Shown here: one piece after another, positions 8,842 through 17,934 of the stretch
How positions within the stretch are numbered: the first letter of the stretch is position 1
Layout: every line of letters starts with the position of its first letter
Assembly: GCA_044224875.1 (NCBI GenBank)
Contig: JBGAJQ010000068.1
Coordinates: 1 to 28,619 of the forward strand
Reading direction: 5' to 3'
Origin: Gemmatimonadaceae bacterium
GTDB taxonomy: Bacteria > Gemmatimonadota > Gemmatimonadetes > Gemmatimonadales > Gemmatimonadaceae
DNA length: 28,619 nucleotides
Translations under genes and position numbers: made by a program
Notes under the pieces: generated by a model
Told to the model about the DNA's origin: nothing
The model's database searches: none
What the model saw: the letters and a program-made list of their open reading frames with translations, nothing else

Positions 8842-10928
8842 CTACTGGATGATGCGCGTTGGGGTCGTGCGCCCTTGAGATGTGCCATCCCCCAGCGAAC
8901 CGCCAGCCGCACCACCCCAGCAATACACACCGCTCCCGGTCGCGCTCAACCCGCAGCCGTGTACCCCACCGAACGCAACGCGTGAAAAGCCGCCCGAGGG
9001 GGTTGTGACCGCCGTGGCCACTGGCTGGTTCGATGCGGCACCGTTGCCAATCTCGCCATCCACACCGCGCCCCCAACACCATGCACCGCCAGCTGCATCC
9101 AGTGCGCACGTCGTGTTGTTGGAGCCAGAGATGGCGCGGAAGTCCACCGCGCCAGGTGCCACAACCATCGTCGGTGTGAGGATGTTGCTCTGCGACGCCC
9201 CAGCGCCGATTCCCAGGTAGAGCCCACTATTGCTCCCCCAGCAGTACACGCGTTCGGTACCGAGTCCGGTGGTGACGCCGCAGGTTCTCCCCATTCCGGC
9301 CGAAATGCGCGCGAAGCGTAGTGGGGCAACACCGGAACCGGTCACCATCGCCGGAAGCACGCGATTGGTCACATCCTGCCCGTCGCCGAGCGCGCCGCTC
9401 GAGGCATCGCCCCAGCACCACGCGGCATTGGAGGTCGTCGTCCCGCAGGTGTGCGTCGCGCCGGTGCTGATGTGCACGAAATCAAGGGGAGCTGAACCGG
9501 TGCCGGTGATTCGCCACGGCGTTGATTGTGCAGCCGACGTGGCGCCCGTGCCAACCTGCCCGAGGTTGTTTGCGCCCCAGCAATAGGCTGCAGGTCCAAC
9601 CAGTCCGCATGCGTGCTTCTCTCCAACGTCGATGAATGTGTAGACGCGCCCGCCTCCGGTTCCGAACACCTTTACCGGCGTCGCACTGCTTTGCATGAGG
9701 CCGTCGCCAAGTTGCCCTTCGAGCCCACGACCCCAGCACCATACCTCGCCCGCACTGGTAAGCCCGCAAGCGTACTCTCTCCCGGCGTTCACCTGCGTGA
9801 AGGGCACCGGTGACTCGACGAGGAAGGGGACCGTTTCCACCAGCGCAGCACGCACTGAACCAATTTGCCCTGAACCGTTCACGCCCCAGCACCAGGTACC
9901 GCCGGTAGCTATGCCGCAGGAAAAGCCGGAGCCTTGCGAGTTGGTCCCACCGACGGTGATCTCACTGAAGGTCACGCGCACGGTGAAGGGATCGCTTTGT
10001 GCGCTCGTGCCCGCGACGGACGCCTCGAGCCGATACCCGGTTCCGGGTCGGTCGACCGCGAGATCGTTGAAGCTGGCGACGCCCGAGGCCGCCGGCTGGG
10101 TGAGCGTCCCCAGTAGCCTGGTGCGCTGCCACGGCATGTTGGTGAGGGCCAGGGTGACCGCTGGTCCGCTCACCACGTTGTCGAAGGCATCGCGGGTCTC
10201 CACCTTCACGTTCGGCGCCATGCGCAAATTCCCTTCCACGACCGTCGGCGGCTGGACCGTGAACGCCAGCTTGGCGAATGGGCCTGGCGCGATGTCGAAG
10301 GCTCCGCTCGGCGCTGAGGCGATCGTGCCAGAGGTACCGACCAGTCGATAGCCCGTTCCCGCCCGCGCTACGCTTACACCACTCCATGTGGCGACTCCGG
10401 CGACGGCGTTGACAGTCGCGGTACCGGAGAGCACCGCACTGCCCGGATTGGATGCGAGAGCGAGGGTGACACTCCCTGCAAAGGTTGACACCGCGGCGCC
10501 GCCTCCGTCGCGAGCTTCAACCGACACCGAGAATAGCGCACCTGCAGCGCCGGTACGGTTGTGATGACGAGTTGTGAAACGACGGGCGCAACGGTCACGG
10601 TGGCCTGTCCGCTCTTTCCGTCGACAGACGCAGTAATTGTGGCAGTGCCCGCGGTCAACGCCGTCACGAGCCCGCTCTCACTGACGTTCACGGTGGTTGT
10701 GGCTGACGAGGCCCAGGCGACCGACTTTCCTGCGAGGACGGTACCGCGTCCGTCGCGGACTGTCGCCGACAGCTGCTGCGTGCTGCCGCGCGCTGTGAGC
10801 GTGACCGTTCCGGGCGAAACCTCGACCGAGGCAGTGACTCCGGATGCCGGACTCGAGGGTCCGCCCGAGTCCTTGCACGAAATCACGCCTGCGCTCAGGC
10901 AGGCCGCGAGTATCCATGGTGTACGCAC
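8842..10928 (-). pseudogene. Lipoprotein with Big_2 Ig-like domain, two further Ig-like repeats and an RCC1 beta-propeller; split by a frameshift near 10545-10555 (true pseudogene or read error)
   Basis: The 5' part (ORF 10374..10928) has SD AGGAGG, lipobox VISC and Big_2 (VEVSP...QLSATVRD...VAWASS...VSESGLVTA..GTATITA). The 3' part (ORF 8842..10527) has Ig repeats and 7 RCC1 repeats (CWGxNxxGQxG, G..H.CG). In the 3' frame the sequence upstream of 10527 reads AAGALFSVSVEARD, which continues QLVITTVP of the 5' frame. Confidence 0.85.
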
Positions 10929-11137
10929 CGCACCCTCCTATCGAGTGATTCACGCCATCCATCTAGGAGAACGTGAGATCCTCGGCCGAGGGGCCAAGCG
11001 GGCGCTTTTCAACGGGCATTTTGAGCGCTGCGACCGACGGCGGACTGCGCTTCGGGCCAAAGTGGAGTGGAGTCCACCGGGCACCAACGTGTCGTTCACA
11101 TTTCCAGTCGCGAGGCTATTTCGCTAAGCGTCGTGGG

Positions 11138-12088
11138 CTATTCCTCCGCTGCCGGCGGCCCCCCGGTGCGCGCGATCTGATCTTGCTTCACCTTGGCCGC
11201 ATCGAATCGTTTGGCACTGGCGATCATCTTGTCGATCGTTTCGTCGAAGTCGGCTACGGCCTTGCGCTGGAACCGGAGGGGGTTGATGCGAGCCACCAGG
11301 AAGGCCTTCAAGTACGGACTCTCAAAGCCACGTGCCTTGAGCGCCGCCACCCCGGCATTCACGGCCTCGTTCAGCTCCAACAATTTCGCCGCCCGTTCTT
11401 TTCGCACCTCCAGGGCCTTCGGCAACTTGCTCCCGAGAAACTTCTCACAGCGCTTGAGAATCGGCTGGTACGCTCCTCCTGAAAATCGCCCGTTCTGCAT
11501 GTAGCAGAACCCCAGCGTCAACAGCGACGGTTCCTCGAACTCGGTTTCGAACTCTTTCTCGGCGCGGTCGTCCAGCGCCGCCAGTCCTTCGGCCAGGCGC
11601 GCAACCTCCAACGCCTTCTCCCGCAGGTTGTGCGCCTTCTCCGTGTTGAGCGCCAAGATGCGGTGTGCCAACTCGGGTTCAGCGGCAACAATCGCCACGA
11701 TCGACTTGGCGCCCAGCAGCCGCAACGCACCCAGTCGGTGATAGCCGTTTGGCGTCCAGTACTTGCCATCGGCTGCCGGCACCGCGATGACCGGGTCCAG
11801 GAAGCGGTCGAGCTTGTTGATCGCCTTGCTCAGCCTTTCCACGTGCGACTCGGAGAGGTCACGCTGGTACGGCGTCGGTTCGACGATGTCCAAGGGCAGC
11901 CCGGCCAGCACCTGCCAATTCCCGCCTAACGGGTCGCGATAGATGCCGATGACAGTCCCGCCGTCCGCTACAATACGGTCTGCAAGCGTTCCGATCGACG
12001 CTGGCGGTGCGGAGCTGGTGAGGCGCTTCGCCTCGAGCCCCCGCGAGGACGCGGCGGCGGCGGTCTTCTTTTTTCGCTTGACTGGCAC
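11138..12088 (-). CDS. ParB/Srx N-terminal domain-containing protein (stand-alone)
   Basis: LPLDIVEPTPYQRDL...FLDPVIAV...YWTPNGYHRLGALRLLG...IVAIV...ILALNTEK matches the ParB/sulfiredoxin fold with its GxxR motif. The probable start is GTG 12088 (MPVKRKKK...). The ORF-track extension to 12247 is low-complexity and probably non-coding. Confidence 0.85.
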   Translation of the reverse strand: MPVKRKKKTAAAASSRGLEAKRLTSSAPPASIGTLADRIVADGGTVIGIYRDPLGGNWQVLAGLPLDIVEPTPYQRDLSESHVERLSKAINKLDRFLDPVIAVPAADGKYWTPNGYHRLGALRLLGAKSIVAIVAAEPELAHRILALNTEKAHNLREKALEVARLAEGLAALDDRAEKEFETEFEEPSLLTLGFCYMQNGRFSGGAYQPILKRCEKFLGSKLPKALEVRKERAAKLLELNEAVNAGVAALKARGFESPYLKAFLVARINPLRFQRKAVADFDETIDKMIASAKRFDAAKVKQDQIARTGGPPAAEE

Positions 12089-12461
12089 GACCTGGGCGGG
12101 AGAAAGGCGGCGGACGGCGAACGGGATTGGTCTGAGAATACGTCGGAGCCGTTGCGTTCGGGAGGTCGGCTCGTGTGGTGGTCCAAGCTGCGGCGGGCCA
12201 CACGACCTAATCCGTTGGCATGGGATTCCGTGGCGATCGGGTTGCATCGTGCCGATGCACCTATCACATCCTGTCGCACAGGAATCCCTGAGGGGTCATC
12301 GGGTCCCCCCGGACGCCCTCGGTTGCCACTCCTGAACAGCTTCTGAACGCGTGTTTCTTGTCGCCTCGATGTCATCGGGTCCGGGTGGACCGCGCCGAGT
12401 GAATCGCGACCGCCCCCGTGAGTGGTTCGGTGACGTGAGGATACTCCCAAGGAGACTTGGC

Positions 12462-13844
12462 ATGAAGGAATGGATATCGACGCGCTGGGCGACCGTCATC
12501 GCCGCGGTGCTATTGACAGCATGCGCCGGCGGGCTCGCGGATCCGGTTGCACCCGGCGGCCCGGCGAAAACCAACGCCAGCGCGAATACGTCCAGTGTGT
12601 CCGGCGCGGCGCGCACCTTCACCGTGGTCCAGGGACCATGGCAGATCACGATGACGGACCTTGGCTTCATGCCCGGCGGTGACTTCTCTTCTGCCTACGA
12701 CATCAACAACCTCGGCGAGATCGTCGGCATCGCGACCGATGCTGGCCGCGTCCCGCGGCGTGCGATCTGGCGCAACGGTGTCATCGTCGACACGCTGCCA
12801 CAGGCCAGCTCGGCGACGACGACGGCCTGGCAGATGAACGAAAGCCAGCAGTTCGTGGGCAAAGCGGTCGTCAACTCCAAGGCGGCGTATGGCGTGTTCT
12901 GGGAGAACGGTACTGCCATTCCACTGCAGCCGCTTCCGGGAACGATAGCTTCGGGGGCTGCAGCCAATGGCATCAATGCCCTTGGTGATGTAGCTGGCGG
13001 CGGCACCGGTGGCGGAGGAGGTGTGCCGACGTACCAGCACGCCGGCATCTGGCGGCATGGCGCTCTCTACCTGGACATCGGGGTGATGCCAGGCGGCCAC
13101 TCTTCCATGGCCTACGACGTCAATGACGCAGGACAGGTGACGGGCGAGGGGACGGCCGGCGGTGGGCCGTTTGGCCGCTTGTACGCGTTCATCTGGCAGA
13201 ATGGCGTATTCACCAAGTTGCCTGAGATTCCTGGCAACTACTCGTCGGTGGGGCGCTCGATCAATGCCTCGGGTGTCGTAGCCGGCCAGAGCAACGGCGG
13301 CGATCCGGTGGTGTGGACGAACGGTGTGTTGCAGCCGCTGCCGATGCCGGTGCGGCTGGCCAATACTGTCTATGAGATCAACGATGCGGGCGACGTCGTG
13401 GCGACGGTGGGGAGTCGCGGCGTGTTGTGGCGCAACGGCACGTACATCGAGCTGCCGCCATGGCCGGGAGCCGCCGTGTCGAACTCTGTCGCGCGTGGCA
13501 TCAACAATGCCGGACAGGTGGTCGGTGAGTCCTACTTCCCACCCGGTCAGGGCGTTCACGCGGTGATGTGGACGGTGACGCCGGCGGGCAATCAACCCCC
13601 CGTGGCCGTGGCGCTCGTTACCTGCGTGTCTGGACGCCGCTGTACGTTCGACGCCCGTGGGTCGACGGACGACCAGGGCATCATCGCCTACGAATGGCGA
13701 AACGCCAAGGGGGCACTGCTCTCGACGCAACCACTGGTCAGCAAGATCTTTCCGTCAGTTCAAACGCTGACCGGATCGCTGACGGTTCGGGACGCTGGCG
13801 GGTTGTCGGATACCAGGAGTTTCACCTTCACGGTCGTTCCATAG
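12462..13844 (+). CDS. Lipoprotein with HAF-family extracellular repeats and C-terminal PKD domain
   Basis: SD AAGGAG before ATG 12462; lipobox LTAC; repeats SSAYDINNLGEIVG, ANGINALGDVAG, AYDVNDAGQVTG, RSINASGVVAG and ARGINNAGQVVG with AFIW/HAVMW; C-terminal NQPPVA..CVSGRRCTFDARGSTDD..IIAYEW PKD-like domain. Confidence 0.9.
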   Translation: MKEWISTRWATVIAAVLLTACAGGLADPVAPGGPAKTNASANTSSVSGAARTFTVVQGPWQITMTDLGFMPGGDFSSAYDINNLGEIVGIATDAGRVPRRAIWRNGVIVDTLPQASSATTTAWQMNESQQFVGKAVVNSKAAYGVFWENGTAIPLQPLPGTIASGAAANGINALGDVAGGGTGGGGGVPTYQHAGIWRHGALYLDIGVMPGGHSSMAYDVNDAGQVTGEGTAGGGPFGRLYAFIWQNGVFTKLPEIPGNYSSVGRSINASGVVAGQSNGGDPVVWTNGVLQPLPMPVRLANTVYEINDAGDVVATVGSRGVLWRNGTYIELPPWPGAAVSNSVARGINNAGQVVGESYFPPGQGVHAVMWTVTPAGNQPPVAVALVTCVSGRRCTFDARGSTDDQGIIAYEWRNAKGALLSTQPLVSKIFPSVQTLTGSLTVRDAGGLSDTRSFTFTVVP

Positions 13845-13871
13845 CACTTGACGGCCCCCTGCAGACGCACA

Positions 13872-13902
13872 AAGCCGCCCGGGGTCCCTCCCCGGGCGGC
13901 TT
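13872..13902. terminator. Probable bidirectional intrinsic terminator between convergent genes
   Basis: Perfect 13-bp inverted repeat AAGCCGCCCGGGG-TCCCT-CCCCGGGCGGCTT between stops at 13844 (+) and 13923 (-). Confidence 0.8.
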
Positions 13903-13922
13903 CGCATGTGGTACGCCGGCGC

Positions 13923-15980
13923 TCAGGAAATCGGCTTGCCGCCGTACTTCTGGTACCAGCTCATCATGTAGAGCTGCGTGCGCATGAAATTAGAGGGTTT
14001 GGATCCCGTGCCATGGTACTCGCCGGCGAAACGAAGAAGCGCCGTCGGCACTCCGCGCATCTTGAGCGCTGAGTAGTACTCCTCGCTCTGTGGCATCGGC
14101 GTGCGCATGTCGAGTTCCCCCGTCATGATCACCGTCGGCGTCTGCACGTTGCCCACGTACATCAGGGACGATTGCTCGAGCCACCGCTTGGGGTCTTCCC
14201 AGAACGGCTTCTCGAAGAAGTTGTAGGTGAAGAAGGGAATGTCCGTCTGACCGGCGAACGAGAGCCAGTCCATTACCGGGCAGCGCACCGCTGCCCCGGC
14301 AAATCGCGTGGTGTGCCCGATCACCCAACTGGACAGCACGCCGCCACCGGAGCACCCGCCCACGAACATCCGCTTGTTGTCGATATATCCGCGGCCGACG
14401 ATGGTGTCTACGCCTGCCATCAGGTCCTCGTAGTCGACGCCCGGGTAGCGCAGGTTGATCGCGTTACCGAAGTCCGTGCCGTAGCCCGTTGAACCTCGCG
14501 GATTGGTGTAGAGCACCACGTAGCCATTCGCGGCGAAATTCTGGAACATGAAGTTGAACGCGCCGTTGTACATGCCATGGGGCCCGCCGTGAATCTCCAT
14601 GATCATGGGATACTTCCTCGAGGCGTCAAAGCCCGGCGGCTTCACCACCCACCCTTGCACCTTGGCGCCGTTGGTCGAGGCATACCAGAACTCCTCCACC
14701 GCGCCGAGCTTGATGCGGCCCAGCATGTCCTCGTTGACACGGGTGAGCTGCGTCATCGGGCCCGGCTTCTTGAGGTCCAGCCGCCAGACGTCGGGTGGTT
14801 CCTGCGCGGCCATCCGGATCACCGCCGTGACGCCGGTGCGGGCAATCGAGCCTAACGCTACCATCTGGGCGCCGGTGGTCACGGCCCGTGGCGCACCTCC
14901 GGCGGCCGGCGCGAACCAGACATTCGACGTCCCGCGGTCCTCTGCCGTCAGATACAACCCGCTGCCGTCGCTTGCCCACTGCATCCCGCTCGGCTCCCGG
15001 TCCCAGTCACCCGTGACCTTCCGGACCTGGCTGCCATCGGACTTCATGACGTACAGCTCCTGCACCTTGTATGTTTGCTTGACCTGCGGATAGCCAATGA
15101 AGGCAATCCACTGGCCGTCGGGAGATACGACCGGGGAATCCCACGAACCGCGCTGGGTGGTCAACTTCCTCATCTGACCGGTCGCAAGGTCCACGACACT
15201 GATGTCCGAATCCCGGTAGCGCATGTCCCAGTCCGTGTCCGTCAGCCCGTCGAACACGATGGACTTGCCGTCCGGCATCCAGTCCCAGCCGGCACCGCCA
15301 GGCAGGGCGTCGAAGCGCGCCCCGACATTCCAATCACCACTCGTGAGCTGTCGCGGTGTGCCCCCGTCAGCTGAAATCACATAGAGGTGGTTGTACCCGC
15401 GCTCGGTGAACCCTTGGCGATCGGCCCGATAGTGCAAGGACGTCACGTAGCGCGGCGCCGGAGTCCACTTGGCGCCCTCGGGCGCCGCCGGCATGTCGAT
15501 CGCCCAATTCTCGGGCTTTGGCGCAAACATGGTGAAGCCGATCCAGCGCCCGTCCGGTGACCACTTGATGGTGCCCGGTGCGCGATCAACACGCGTGACC
15601 TGTGAGATCGCCCCCTCGGCGTTCATCCATCGCACAAAGATCTGCGCCCCCTTCGGCTCACCTTCAGCGAGATAGGCAATGCGCGTTCCGTCGGGCGACC
15701 ACACCGCGCCTCCTCCCTTTACGAGAAAGCGATTCTCGCTGCCATCCGCGTTCATCATCCAGATGGCCGTGTCCCACCGGTCCTCCTGCTTGTTCACCCA
15801 GCGCCGCGTGTAGAGCACGCGGGCACCGTCGGGAGAGATGCGAGGCTCGCCGACAGTCTCGTAGTCCAGGTAGTGATTGACGGTCAACAGTGTGTCAGAC
15901 TGCTTTTCCTGGCCTCTGGCCGCGACTGGCGAGAGCAAGGTTAGCGTCAGGCCTGCCCGAAGAACCGAAGACACTCTCAT
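13923..15980 (-). CDS. Secreted S9 family peptidase (dipeptidyl aminopeptidase/acylaminoacyl peptidase type)
   Basis: SD GGAGGAGG before ATG 15980; signal peptide; PD40 propeller repeats (ISPDG, WSPDG, VSPDG); catalytic-domain motifs IHGGPH and NPRGSTGYG; triad GCSGGG / GELDMRT / GEYHG. Confidence 0.95.
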   Translation of the reverse strand: MRVSSVLRAGLTLTLLSPVAARGQEKQSDTLLTVNHYLDYETVGEPRISPDGARVLYTRRWVNKQEDRWDTAIWMMNADGSENRFLVKGGGAVWSPDGTRIAYLAEGEPKGAQIFVRWMNAEGAISQVTRVDRAPGTIKWSPDGRWIGFTMFAPKPENWAIDMPAAPEGAKWTPAPRYVTSLHYRADRQGFTERGYNHLYVISADGGTPRQLTSGDWNVGARFDALPGGAGWDWMPDGKSIVFDGLTDTDWDMRYRDSDISVVDLATGQMRKLTTQRGSWDSPVVSPDGQWIAFIGYPQVKQTYKVQELYVMKSDGSQVRKVTGDWDREPSGMQWASDGSGLYLTAEDRGTSNVWFAPAAGGAPRAVTTGAQMVALGSIARTGVTAVIRMAAQEPPDVWRLDLKKPGPMTQLTRVNEDMLGRIKLGAVEEFWYASTNGAKVQGWVVKPPGFDASRKYPMIMEIHGGPHGMYNGAFNFMFQNFAANGYVVLYTNPRGSTGYGTDFGNAINLRYPGVDYEDLMAGVDTIVGRGYIDNKRMFVGGCSGGGVLSSWVIGHTTRFAGAAVRCPVMDWLSFAGQTDIPFFTYNFFEKPFWEDPKRWLEQSSLMYVGNVQTPTVIMTGELDMRTPMPQSEEYYSALKMRGVPTALLRFAGEYHGTGSKPSNFMRTQLYMMSWYQKYGGKPIS

Positions 15981-16049
15981 AACGACCTCCTCCGAAGCGG
16001 ATCGCGTGCGTCGGAAGATACGGCCTGTGTGATGGGCGTCCAGCGTCCG

Positions 16050-16076
16050 AACGGGGAGCCAACGGAGTGCGAACGG
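16050..16076. promoter_or_regulatory. Three AACGG direct repeats at exact 11-bp period (candidate transcription-factor site)
   Basis: AACGG at 16050, 16061 and 16072 (cgAACGGggagccAACGGagtgcgAACGGagtt), in a divergent intergenic region. Confidence 0.45.
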
Positions 16077-16173
16077 AGTTGAGTGCAGACGCCGAAGTCC
16101 GCGCGCCACCCGCGGAGGTCTGGCCCACCCGCGAGGCGGTTGCCGGCCGGATCGTTGGTGAAGGAGGCCCCTG

Positions 16174-16239
16174 GTGTACTCGACCGGTTCATCAGTCAGA
16201 GCACAGGCTGCGGCGGTCACGGGCAGAACCGTGGGGTGA
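16174..16239 (+). CDS. Candidate 21-aa small ORF (MYSTGSSVRAQAAAVTGRTVG)
   Basis: Perfect SD AAGGAGG (16161-16167) 6 nt before GTG 16174; stop TGA 16237-16239. No homology evidence. Confidence 0.25.
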   Translation: MYSTGSSVRAQAAAVTGRTVG

Positions 16240-16378
16240 TCGCTCGGGACGTGGGGCAAAACGGTACGTGCGGCGTTCTTTCGGTTATTCCCTGCCGCGA
16301 CCTCGTGCGCATACTAGCTCGCGACGCCCGTGTGACGGCTGGATCTTAGACTGGCCGCGAACACCTCACCACACACCT

Positions 16379-17683
16379 ATGACCGCCATCCCGTTCGCCC
16401 TCCTCCTCTCCGTGAGCGTGTCGCTGCAGGTGCGCTTCGCCACCTGTCCAACGTGGGAGATCGTCAGACGAGACACTCTGTGGGCGCACCACGAAGACAC
16501 TATCGCGGTGAACCCGCTTTCCCTCACGTCGTATCGTGGAACCCTCACCGCAATCGGTGGCGATGTGAACGATTCGGACCGACGCCTGCCTCCGAACAAT
16601 TTCGGAGGCGTTGTAGTCAACGACAACGGGACCGCACCAAGAGTCATACCTCGCCCGAACGCGAAGGGTGTCTTCGAGTCGACCGTGGCGGTCGTCGACT
16701 CGCATGGACGCGTGCACGCGCTGTGGGTGGATACGTCGAGCACTACCAGCGCCGCGTATCGCGCGGCGCATGGTGTTGAAGCTGGTGAGGATACGACCGC
16801 GAATGCACTGCGTCTGTGGTACGCATCGTACGACGGTCGGTCTTGGAGCGTGCCTGTCGCTATGCCCGGCACGGCGGAACTTCGCTGGCCCATCGAACAC
16901 AACACACCGGTCCTCATGGACCAGAAGGACCGGCTGCACGTTGTACTCGTGTCCCGACTTGGGATGCCACGTGTAGTTCACTACCAGCTGAGCACAGCAG
17001 GTTGGGGCGCCGATACGCTCCGACTACCAGGTCCTTGGCATTCCCCCTCGGCGACGCTGATCGATCGCGGTGACACCATCGACATTGCCTACTCGTTTCA
17101 TGTTCCAGATGAGCGCGCGCCGGCGGACGAGAATGGCTTTCGACCCGCCTTTGCCGCGTTGCACCTGACGTCACTAGACCTAGGAACACGCGCCTTCTCG
17201 GTGCCGACCGAAGTGTACCGGCAGCTATTTGTAGAGGCAGCGCACGCCCACTTCCTCCGAGCCGCGGACGGCCAACTGGCCCTCACATGGGAACTCCGCA
17301 AGCACAACGCCGTTCTGTTCACGGAAATGGCAGCGGCTGTACGCCACCCAGATGGCTCGTGGCCGCGCATCGCTGCAACCCTTCGTCTGGCAACGGACGC
17401 CGAGCAGGTCCATTCCACTGCGGTCGACGCTTGCGGAAGGATCCATCTCCTGTTGTCGCTAGTGCCTGAGCTCATCGATCATCGCTTGTATGTCGCGACG
17501 CTCGACAAAGGGAACTGGAGCACGCCGGTCGAAATTCCCATTGGACTCACGTTCAGCGGTCGCGCGCAGTGGGCCGCTGCGACGGACGGAACGCCCCGCA
17601 TCATTCTCTCAGCAACTCCTTGGACGCCGAAATGGTCGGGCGGCGTGGCGCCCTCCTACTGGCTCCTGTTCACAATGAAGTAG
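16379..17683 (+). CDS. Hypothetical exported protein, probable beta-propeller
   Basis: ATG 16379 followed by a hydrophobic N-terminus (MTAIPFALLLSVSVSLQ). Recurring blade-like motifs VDSHGRVHALW, MDQKDRLHVVL, AADGQLALTW, VDACGRIHLLL and TDGTPRIIL, plus Asp-box-like SYDGRSWS and TLDKGNWS. Confidence 0.7.
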   Translation: MTAIPFALLLSVSVSLQVRFATCPTWEIVRRDTLWAHHEDTIAVNPLSLTSYRGTLTAIGGDVNDSDRRLPPNNFGGVVVNDNGTAPRVIPRPNAKGVFESTVAVVDSHGRVHALWVDTSSTTSAAYRAAHGVEAGEDTTANALRLWYASYDGRSWSVPVAMPGTAELRWPIEHNTPVLMDQKDRLHVVLVSRLGMPRVVHYQLSTAGWGADTLRLPGPWHSPSATLIDRGDTIDIAYSFHVPDERAPADENGFRPAFAALHLTSLDLGTRAFSVPTEVYRQLFVEAAHAHFLRAADGQLALTWELRKHNAVLFTEMAAAVRHPDGSWPRIAATLRLATDAEQVHSTAVDACGRIHLLLSLVPELIDHRLYVATLDKGNWSTPVEIPIGLTFSGRAQWAAATDGTPRIILSATPWTPKWSGGVAPSYWLLFTMK

Positions 17684-17934
17684 CGCAGTTGTTCCGACAC
17701 GTTAGGTAGACCTGCGACTTCTCGCGGCTCGCGACGACCGATGCGGACGTCGCGCTCATTCTCGTTCGGCTGCCACCATTCGGCGCCGCTTCCACTCGAC
17801 ATCCCCATGACCCATCGACCTCAGGGTCGCGTGGCATCGCAGAGCAGCACGTACCCACACGACTGGGCAGTGCTGCGCCAGCGCCCTCCCACCAGCTCTT
17901 ACCGCGCCGCCCGTCTGGGTGGCGAGGAGATCAT

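Noticed and set aside
12089..12461. N-terminal extensions of the ParB-like ORF (to 12247) and the HAF ORF (from 12351)
   Set aside because: Arg/Pro-rich sequence with no domain features; better starts at 12088 and at 12462 (SD plus signal peptide).
12510..13730. 406-aa antisense ORF
   Set aside because: Mirror frame of the HAF-PKD gene; no recognisable features.
16215..16270. GGGCAGAACC...GGGACG...GGCAAAAC resembling a c-di-GMP-I riboswitch
   Set aside because: Lacks the GNRA-capped P2 stem, the contiguous GACGCAAAGC and the tetraloop receptor. An Infernal scan would settle it.
15981..16378. ORF-track extensions of the S9 peptidase (to 16259) and the propeller protein (from 16067)
   Set aside because: They would overlap head-to-head; signal-peptide-like N-termini begin at 15980 and 16379.
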